Position numbers and translations under genes: made by a program. From Parcubacteria group bacterium (GTDB lineage Bacteria > Patescibacteriota > Minisyncoccia > Phycocordibacterales > 21-14-all-47-15): a DNA stretch of 64,000 nucleotides. The notes under the pieces are model-generated. The model had not been told where the DNA came from. It saw only the letters and a list, made by a program, of their open reading frames with translations, and did no database searches. Within the stretch, counting starts at the first letter, position 1; each line of letters begins with the position of its first letter. Where the stretch lies: positions 33,133 to 97,132 of the forward strand of contig JACOYO010000001.1 of NCBI GenBank assembly GCA_016181845.1. Reading direction: 5' to 3'. Shown here piece after piece: positions 29,568-35,801 of this stretch.

Positions 29568-30677
29568 TTACAAATAAATAGCGCATGACTCCCACTGTTT
29601 TTTATATACCCGAAGATACTCTTCTTTTGAAATTTCATTTGATGCGCGTGTGAATCGCCCGCCGCTTGAAAGAGCCGCTGACAACGAGTCCGCGAGGCAG
29701 ATGGAATTGCCGACAGAGCATATAAAAACACCATCTCCTGAAACGACATCTCCCGCAATCCCCACATCAGTGGTTACTATGGGCAACCCTGCCCTATACG
29801 CCTCCACAAGCGAGAGCCCGTATCCTTCATAAAATGATGTGTGAAGATACACGTCGGCGGCGGCATAATAAGATGCAATTTCTTTTTGAGAGCCGACAAA
29901 TATAGCGCTGTCTTCCAATTTGAGATTTGAGATTTGGGACTTGAGATTTTTTCTCTCGCTTCCGTCACCAACAACAAGAAGCCCAGCTTTGGGATATGTT
30001 TTAATAATTTTTTCAAACACCTCAATCGCACGGGCAACATTTTTTTCCGGCTCAAGTCGCGAGACAACAAGAACGATTTTTTCAAACTGTGGAAACTCTG
30101 CGCGGACACGGCTGCCGTCCGCATTTTTGAATTTTTGAACATCGGTGAAAATCGGCAGTACGGCAATCGGCGCATTGGTGAATCCACTGATAGATTTTTT
30201 AATTCGCTCCGACACCACGCGGACACAATCGGCTTTGGGCAATAAAAATTTCGCAACCATCACCCGAATTTTATTTTTGATATTTTCCGCGGCAAAATAG
30301 TGGCTCATGAAATCGGTATGTACCTGCAGCTCAAGCCGCGCGCCAAGAGCGCGCGAGACGCGCCATCCGGCAAAACCGGTTTCAAACGGGTTTTGGCAAG
30401 TAACCAGGAAATCATGAGTCATGAATAATGAATCATGATTGATGCGCTTCGCGATTTTGTATGCGTCAAAAATATACAGCCAGCGGCTCAAAGAATTTGT
30501 GGAATAAATGAAAACATTGTCTGAAATCTTGATTCTTGATTCTTGATTCTTGATTCTTGCGCGGAAAATTATAATATGCAATTCTTCACACAATCTTCCA
30601 TACTCAATCATCCTCGCGCGCACCGCCGAGTCTTTTTCAAAAATTTTTGAATCAGTTGATAGCATTAGTACTCTCAT
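29568..30677 (-). CDS. Glycosyltransferase family 1 (GT4), paralogue 1 of a tandem pair, with two heptanucleotide tracts
   Basis: GT-B C-terminal domain (YGLSLVEAYRAGLPIVTT). Shares the peptide ERKNLKSQISNLKLE with the next gene. Confidence 0.8.
   Translation of the reverse strand: MRVLMLSTDSKIFEKDSAVRARMIEYGRLCEELHIIIFRARIKNQESRIKISDNVFIYSTNSLSRWLYIFDAYKIAKRINHDSLFMTHDFLVTCQNPFETGFAGWRVSRALGARLELQVHTDFMSHYFAAENIKNKIRVMVAKFLLPKADCVRVVSERIKKSISGFTNAPIAVLPIFTDVQKFKNADGSRVRAEFPQFEKIVLVVSRLEPEKNVARAIEVFEKIIKTYPKAGLLVVGDGSERKNLKSQISNLKLEDSAIFVGSQKEIASYYAAADVYLHTSFYEGYGLSLVEAYRAGLPIVTTDVGIAGDVVSGDGVFICSVGNSICLADSLSAALSSGGRFTRASNEISKEEYLRVYKKQWESCAIYL
29918..29952. repeat. Heptanucleotide repeat (GAGATTT)n, interrupted (gagattt gagattt gggactt gagattt), in GT4 paralogue 1
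   Basis: Coding strand AAATCTC units encode ..KSQISNLK.. in frame. One unit is degenerated by synonymous changes. Confidence 0.8.
30528..30560. repeat. Heptanucleotide repeat (TCTTGAT)x4.7 in GT4 paralogue 1
   Basis: Four perfect units plus a partial unit. Coding strand (AGAATCA)n encodes RIKNQESRIKIS. Confidence 0.85.
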
Positions 30678-31837
30678 AGTTGTTTAAAAAATTGAGTTAA
30701 ATTCTCAAGCATTTTTTCTTTTGAAAATCCCGCCGCTTTTTCACGCGCCGATTTTTCAAAACGCTGGCGCGCCACTGTCACATCCGCCAGTATTTCAATG
30801 ATTGCTTCTGCAAGAGCTTTTTTATCTTGATGCGTCACCAACCGCCCTGAAACGCTGTCTTCAATCAATTCAGAATTTCCGCCTACACGGGTCGTAACCA
30901 CGGGCACTCCCAAAGCCATCGCCTCAAGAATAGTGTGCGACAACCCTTCGTATCCGGTATTTAGCACGAATACATCCGCCACCATTAAATAAAGCATAGT
31001 GTCGTCGTGCGACAATTGCCCGATTAAGAATACGCTATTCTCCAATTTGAGATTTGAGATTTGAGATTTGAGATTCTTTCTTTCCGGCCCATCTCCGATA
31101 ATGTAGAGTTTTGCCTGCGGATATTTTTTTACTATTTCAGAAAACATTTCTATTAATGTTTCAAATCCTTTCCACGAAACAAGCCGCCCGATAGACACTA
31201 GTATCTCTCCTGGCCAGTCCCGCCCTTCAACGCGAGCCGGGGCGGACAAAAGAAGTCTCGCGCGAGCTTCATCGTGAGTGATATTTTGTTTCGGTAATTC
31301 AAACGCGTTATAGATAACTTCTACTTTTTCTGGAGCAACCCCCCATCCGTACACAATAATTTTTTTCAAATATTCGCTCGGCACAACTATCTTGTCCGCA
31401 TAGCGCGCCACATATTTTTGTATAGACCTACGCATTTCAATCCCAAGAGAATATTTTTTTCCCTGAAATTCATCCAACAAATCATATTCCTGATTTCTGA
31501 TTCCTGATTCCTGATTCACATATTCTTCCCACGCGCGGTCTCCTACAATTTTTACCACAAATTTTTTACCAAGTATTTTGGCGGCGCACAATGCGGGCAA
31601 GCCGACACCGAGCGGGTCTTGCGCGAAAATAATACCCGCCTCGGCTCCAGCGCGAAGCAGTTTGAAAAAATAAAAAAGATGTTTTACGCCAAAAGGCCAT
31701 TTTTTTACATCGCTCAATTTCACCACGGCAACCTGAAACCCACGGAGCGAGAGCTCGCGTTCCAAAAGAGCGGTGTATGTGGCCGGTCCGCCGATTTCGG
31801 GCGGATAGAGCGGTGTAGCAATAAGTATTTTTTGCAT
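30674..31837 (-). CDS. Glycosyltransferase family 1 (GT4), paralogue 2 of the tandem pair, with two heptanucleotide tracts
   Basis: GT-B C-terminal domain (YEGLSHTILEAMALGVPVVTT). Start taken at MQKILIATPLYPPEIGG; the ORF track extends to 31870 through a palindromic site. Confidence 0.8.
   Translation of the reverse strand: MQKILIATPLYPPEIGGPATYTALLERELSLRGFQVAVVKLSDVKKWPFGVKHLFYFFKLLRAGAEAGIIFAQDPLGVGLPALCAAKILGKKFVVKIVGDRAWEEYVNQESGIRNQEYDLLDEFQGKKYSLGIEMRRSIQKYVARYADKIVVPSEYLKKIIVYGWGVAPEKVEVIYNAFELPKQNITHDEARARLLLSAPARVEGRDWPGEILVSIGRLVSWKGFETLIEMFSEIVKKYPQAKLYIIGDGPERKNLKSQISNLKLENSVFLIGQLSHDDTMLYLMVADVFVLNTGYEGLSHTILEAMALGVPVVTTRVGGNSELIEDSVSGRLVTHQDKKALAEAIIEILADVTVARQRFEKSAREKAAGFSKEKMLENLTQFFKQL
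31049..31076. repeat. Heptanucleotide repeat (GAGATTT)x3 plus GAGATTC in GT4 paralogue 2
   Basis: Four tandem units. Coding strand (AAATCTC)n encodes NLKSQISNLK in frame. Confidence 0.85.
31489..31516. repeat. Heptanucleotide repeat (CCTGATT)x4, one imperfect, in GT4 paralogue 2
   Basis: Reads cctgatt tctgatt cctgatt cctgatt. Coding strand (GAATCAG)n encodes NQESGIRNQE. Confidence 0.8.
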
Positions 31838-31846
31838 AAGTTTATA

Positions 31847-31869
31847 TGTTGGACATCGGATGTCCAACA
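31847..31869. promoter_or_regulatory. 23-bp perfect palindrome TGTTGGACATC-G-GATGTCCAACA, ~10 nt upstream of the GT4 paralogue 2 start codon
   Basis: Perfect dyad symmetry. Positioned over the expected RBS / 5'UTR. Confidence 0.5.
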
Positions 31870-31902
31870 ATATCGTATGTTTTACTTAACCATCTTCAAC
31901 TT

Positions 31903-31937
31903 CCAAACTGTTGGACATCCGATGTCCAACAGTTTGG
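31903..31937. promoter_or_regulatory. 35-bp perfect palindrome CCAAACTGTTGGACATC-C-GATGTCCAACAGTTTGG, second copy of the same dyad core
   Basis: Shares the core TGTTGGACATC N GATGTCCAACA with the site 34 bp downstream. Abuts the E2 repeat. Confidence 0.5.
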
Positions 31938-32168
31938 AAGAAACTCGCTCTCTATCATAGTTTTTGAGAGACATTGCGGAGCCCACAGGCGAGCATAGCA
32001 AATCCTGCTCGCAAGCAGGTTCTGAAGCGAATATTTGAAGCTTCAGAAAACCTTTTGAGAATTTTTGCAAGTTTTGCGAAGTAAAAAATCCAAAAGGTGT
32101 ACTAATCCTGTAAGGATTATGCGCGTCTATCAAAAACTCATGATGAGGAAGAGTTTCGTAATTCATAG
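31938..32168. repeat. MITE-like intergenic repeat element, copy E2 (longest copy, ~230 bp)
   Basis: 5' module CTATCATAGTTTTTGAGAGACATTGCGGAGCCCACAGGCGAGCATAGCA. Hairpin AATCCTGCT-cgca-AGCAGGTT. About 100 bp of extra internal hairpins. 3' module ATGCGCGTCTATCAAAAACTCATGATGAGGAAGAGTTTCGTAATTCATAG. The 94-aa ORF 31882-32166 within it is treated as spurious. Confidence 0.7.
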
Positions 32169-33371
32169 TAAAGCAAACATTCGCTCAAAAACTTTTTCTT
32201 TCATTTGTTTAGCTATTATGTTCCAATCATATTTTTCTAGAACCATAGCCCGAGCATTCGCACTAATTTTTTCTTTCAATGCTTTATCTTCCATAAGCCG
32301 CTTCACTTGCACGGCAACGCTTTCTGGGTTATCCACCTCGCAAAAAAGCCCCGTCCCTTCGTCTTTCAAAAAGTCGGTAATGCCGCCAACTGGAGTACCA
32401 ATCACCGGCAACCCAGCCGCCATCGCTTCAATAAATGAGTTCCCCATGCCTTCTGAACGTGACGGGCGTACAAAAATATCAGCGATACTTAAATAACGAG
32501 GCACTTCGGCGCTATCCACCGATTTTATAAAAACGATTCGCTCCGACACGTGCTCTCTTTGAGCAAGCGCACGAAGGAACGCTTCATCCGGCCCTGCCCC
32601 CACAACAAGAAATTTCACATGTGAAGGCAAAAACGCGAGTGAGCGAATGACATCATCAACAGCGTTCTTGTGTACCAGGCGCGACGTGGTGATAAGCAAT
32701 ATATCATAACTAGAAAATCCGAGGGTGGCGCGCGCGTTCTGTCTCTCTTCTTTTGAAACATTTTGAGAAAATAGCGCCACATCAACGCCGTTTGGGATAA
32801 CTTCAGTGTGGCTTCTATACTTCATTGTCTTTTTTGCGAATACTTCAATCAAAAATGTGGAGATACCCTGAATGATGTCGGCTCGGTCAAAAATTTCTTG
32901 AAACCACCCACGCGCAAAACGCACGCGCCGCAAAATATGTGCTATCGGGTCACCCTCCTGCAAAGCCAGCACAAATGGCACATGAGGAAACTTCTTTTTG
33001 AAAAAAAGAGCGGCAAATCCGGCGTAATTTGCCATGATAGACCACACGGCATCATACGGATTCTCCCGATGCAGTTTTTTTGCGTATAGCGCCGCCAAAA
33101 AAGGAAATAAATATTTATTGATAGACAGAGGAAACCGAATTACCATATCTTTTACGGAACCTTTTTTTAATTCCGTAAATCCGATTCGGTGGACATTCAC
33201 GTTTCCAATTCTTTCATACCGCGGCAAATCAGAACTCAACCGGAGCGTGATCATATCAAACAGAAAATCCGGAAGCCGGTCCGTAATATTTCGCACCGCG
33301 ACTTCCGCTCCGCCCACAAACGGCTCGTACATGAGAGAAAATATTAAAATTCTTTTTTTATTTTTTTCCAT
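32163..33371 (-). CDS. Glycosyltransferase family 1 (GT4)
   Basis: GT-B C-terminal motif SRSEGMGNSFIEAMAAGLPVIGT; ~400 aa. Confidence 0.8.
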   Translation of the reverse strand: MEKNKKRILIFSLMYEPFVGGAEVAVRNITDRLPDFLFDMITLRLSSDLPRYERIGNVNVHRIGFTELKKGSVKDMVIRFPLSINKYLFPFLAALYAKKLHRENPYDAVWSIMANYAGFAALFFKKKFPHVPFVLALQEGDPIAHILRRVRFARGWFQEIFDRADIIQGISTFLIEVFAKKTMKYRSHTEVIPNGVDVALFSQNVSKEERQNARATLGFSSYDILLITTSRLVHKNAVDDVIRSLAFLPSHVKFLVVGAGPDEAFLRALAQREHVSERIVFIKSVDSAEVPRYLSIADIFVRPSRSEGMGNSFIEAMAAGLPVIGTPVGGITDFLKDEGTGLFCEVDNPESVAVQVKRLMEDKALKEKISANARAMVLEKYDWNIIAKQMKEKVFERMFALL

Positions 33372-33373
33372 TT

Positions 33374-34834
33374 TTATTCTACAATTTTGATGTCATCGGC
33401 GGTTAATTCTTCGCCATCTTTTTTCCTACTGAAAACGATGCCACCGACGGCAGTCAGCGTGATGCCGAGTACGCCCAAACCCCATAACCATGGCGAATAA
33501 CTTGACGCTTTTGGTAACTCCTTGACTGCGGGTAATGTTGCCGCAAGCGCAAGCACCGCCTCCTTTTTTGTTGTTTTGGTTTCCTGCGGTACCGGCAAAA
33601 AATCCTTATTTGAAGCCGTTAATTCTGTTTTTTGCAGCAATGACGCGCTTATCTGCGATTGAGATGAAGAGACTCTGCTCCGCGCAATAGGAGCCGCTTC
33701 TTCCACTTCAGTATACACCACGACGACTTCTCCGTTTGGATACAACAACGAAACCTCTTCTCTGTTCACAATAGGAAGTTTCGTAATTCTAAACGGAAAA
33801 ATTATCTTCGCGCCCGACAAAAGAAATGTATTTTTTGGAAAAGTAAAATATAAGTTCCCGGATTTTAGACGCCACCATGAAAGGTCAAGATCGCGAAGAG
33901 TCTTATTGTAGAGTTCAATAAAAGAATCAGCACCCGATGCGACACGAGAAATAATAATGTCAGCAGGCAACGCGTTGACTGTTAAAAAATCACTCGCGGC
34001 ATATTTTCCGGAAGACACGTCAAGCACGATACGATATTTGCCAGGATACAAAAACGCATGGAGCACTGATGCCCCTTCAATAGACGCACCGTCTCCAAAA
34101 CTCCACACAAACCGCGCGTCCTCAAGCGGTTTTCCAGCCGTGCCAATCGCCTTGCCCGAAAAAAGAGTGTCCGCGCCGACAATCACTTCTCTGTCATTCC
34201 CCGCAAAAGCGGAAATGCTATTGGTGTCAATGCTCCAGATGGAAGCACTTTCTGAAACAGCCGCTGACGATTCCTTTGGCGACTCACCTGCTGTCGTTGC
34301 ATCATTTGTAGTCTGTGCCATCGTATCAAGCGTCGTTGACGCCGCTTGCCATACGCCGTTTATCAATTGGAGAGATTTGCCGTCGCCGTTTGCGCCAAGC
34401 GCAGTGGTGTAGGAAGCCGTGTCTCCTGTTGAACCATCCGGCAAAACAAGCGCGACAGTATACACATTGTCATTCTGCTGTCCTATGTTCATAACAGTAT
34501 CAATCACGGAAATAGAAACCGTGTATTCGGCGACAAATTGCACCGCATCAGAAGCAAGAATTGCATACCCATGTGGAGAAAAAATCATTGAGCCAGTTCC
34601 TCCGTTTTTTGGCGGAGCATTCAACACATGATTGGAACCGTCATTAAATTTCCAGCCGGTTAAATCCACCGACTCTGTTCCATCATTGTATATTTTAATC
34701 CATTCGCGTCCGGCATCAGCACCTGGCAAGTCATACATGATTTCTACAATCCGCACGGAGGCATGCGTACAAAACGGCAAAAAAATTAAGACAAAAAGAA
34801 ATACAATTTTATACATTGTATAGAATTGTAACAA
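33374..34834 (-). CDS. Membrane-anchored surface protein with two lamin-tail-domain (LTD)-like modules and Ser/Thr-rich linkers
   Basis: N-terminal signal/TM segment. VRIVEIMYDLPGADAGREWIKIYNDGTESVDLTGWKFNDGSNH is an LTD signature. Second LTD-like segment IIISRVASGADSFIELYNKT..LSWWRL. C-terminal TM helix plus charged tail. First gene of the GT4 operon. Confidence 0.6.
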   Translation of the reverse strand: MLQFYTMYKIVFLFVLIFLPFCTHASVRIVEIMYDLPGADAGREWIKIYNDGTESVDLTGWKFNDGSNHVLNAPPKNGGTGSMIFSPHGYAILASDAVQFVAEYTVSISVIDTVMNIGQQNDNVYTVALVLPDGSTGDTASYTTALGANGDGKSLQLINGVWQAASTTLDTMAQTTNDATTAGESPKESSAAVSESASIWSIDTNSISAFAGNDREVIVGADTLFSGKAIGTAGKPLEDARFVWSFGDGASIEGASVLHAFLYPGKYRIVLDVSSGKYAASDFLTVNALPADIIISRVASGADSFIELYNKTLRDLDLSWWRLKSGNLYFTFPKNTFLLSGAKIIFPFRITKLPIVNREEVSLLYPNGEVVVVYTEVEEAAPIARSRVSSSQSQISASLLQKTELTASNKDFLPVPQETKTTKKEAVLALAATLPAVKELPKASSYSPWLWGLGVLGITLTAVGGIVFSRKKDGEELTADDIKIVE

Positions 34835-34919
34835 CAGAAAATCGCGCGCGCAAACAAAATACGTTATACTAAATATTAAGCATTATAAAACTCAAACAAA
34901 AGAAATTAATTTAAAAAAT

Positions 34920-35771
34920 ATGTTTGGCATTATTATTGCGGGTATTGCGACTTTTTTTAATGAGATAGCGACCGCCATCGGGAAATACGAGGTATCAGAA
35001 CGCAAAGAAAGTGTTTACACAATGGGTTTCCTAAACATGTTTTGGGCGGCGCTTATTTTTTTTGGCATCGCTCTGTTTATCCGCAAAACATTCGCCTTTT
35101 CGCTTGAATCTCTGCCAACATTTAGTGTTCGCGCTTTTCTTGAGGTACTGCAAGCGCATGTTGCAATCCTCGCTATTACCACGGCCGACCGCAGCACTTT
35201 TAGTTTTATCAGGACAATAACCATTCCGCTTTTGCTCGTGGTAGATATCATACTCGGCTATTCCATAACCACAGGCAATATCATAGGCATCATTGTCATC
35301 GCCTTAGGATTTCTTATTCTTTTCATAAATCACGGCATACAAAAAAGGGGCGCATGGCTCGTACTTTTTACTGCAATCAACGCCGTAGCCACACTTTCTT
35401 TGTATAAATACGACATCACTTATTTCAATTCAATTGAGGCGGAACAAGGGTTAATGACGCTCATTCTCATGTTCTATTTTTTTGGCATGGCTTATTTTTC
35501 AGCAAAAGAAAATCCGTTTTCTTTTTTCAAAAAACGGATTTTTTTCGGGCAATCAATCTCAAGCGGTATTGCCAGCATTATTAGCAGTTTCGCATACGGC
35601 TTTGCGCCAGCGTCCATTATTACCGCGGCGTCACGCTCATTTGAAATCTTTTGGGCGATTATTTCAGGAAAAAAATACTTCCACGAAAAAAGTACGGCAG
35701 TAAAATTTATTTCAATGTTTTTTATTATTATCGGGCTTTTTCTTCTTGCTTATTCCATACAAAACGGGTAA
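34920..35771 (+). CDS. Polytopic membrane protein, DMT/EamA-like transporter fold (tentative)
   Basis: ~283 aa with 9-10 hydrophobic helices. No diagnostic motif. Confidence 0.35.
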   Translation: MFGIIIAGIATFFNEIATAIGKYEVSERKESVYTMGFLNMFWAALIFFGIALFIRKTFAFSLESLPTFSVRAFLEVLQAHVAILAITTADRSTFSFIRTITIPLLLVVDIILGYSITTGNIIGIIVIALGFLILFINHGIQKRGAWLVLFTAINAVATLSLYKYDITYFNSIEAEQGLMTLILMFYFFGMAYFSAKENPFSFFKKRIFFGQSISSGIASIISSFAYGFAPASIITAASRSFEIFWAIISGKKYFHEKSTAVKFISMFFIIIGLFLLAYSIQNG

Positions 35772-35801
35772 TAATCAACCTGCGATATAGACGACGCTCA
35801 A

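Noticed and set aside
29568-31870. The heptanucleotide tracts might simply be 21-nt (7-aa) protein-level repeats
   Set aside because: Not fully rejected. But three or four identical 7-nt units giving a 7-aa peptide is far more parsimonious as a DNA-level 7-mer repeat. Codon identity between units is perfect, which protein-level selection would not require. Kept as a finding, with this alternative stated.
31882-32166. 94-aa minus-strand ORF listed in the six-frame track
   Set aside because: Lies entirely within the MITE-like repeat E2 and the palindromic sites. Its sequence is repeat-derived (copies elsewhere are non-coding) and it has no RBS or domain. Treated as spurious.
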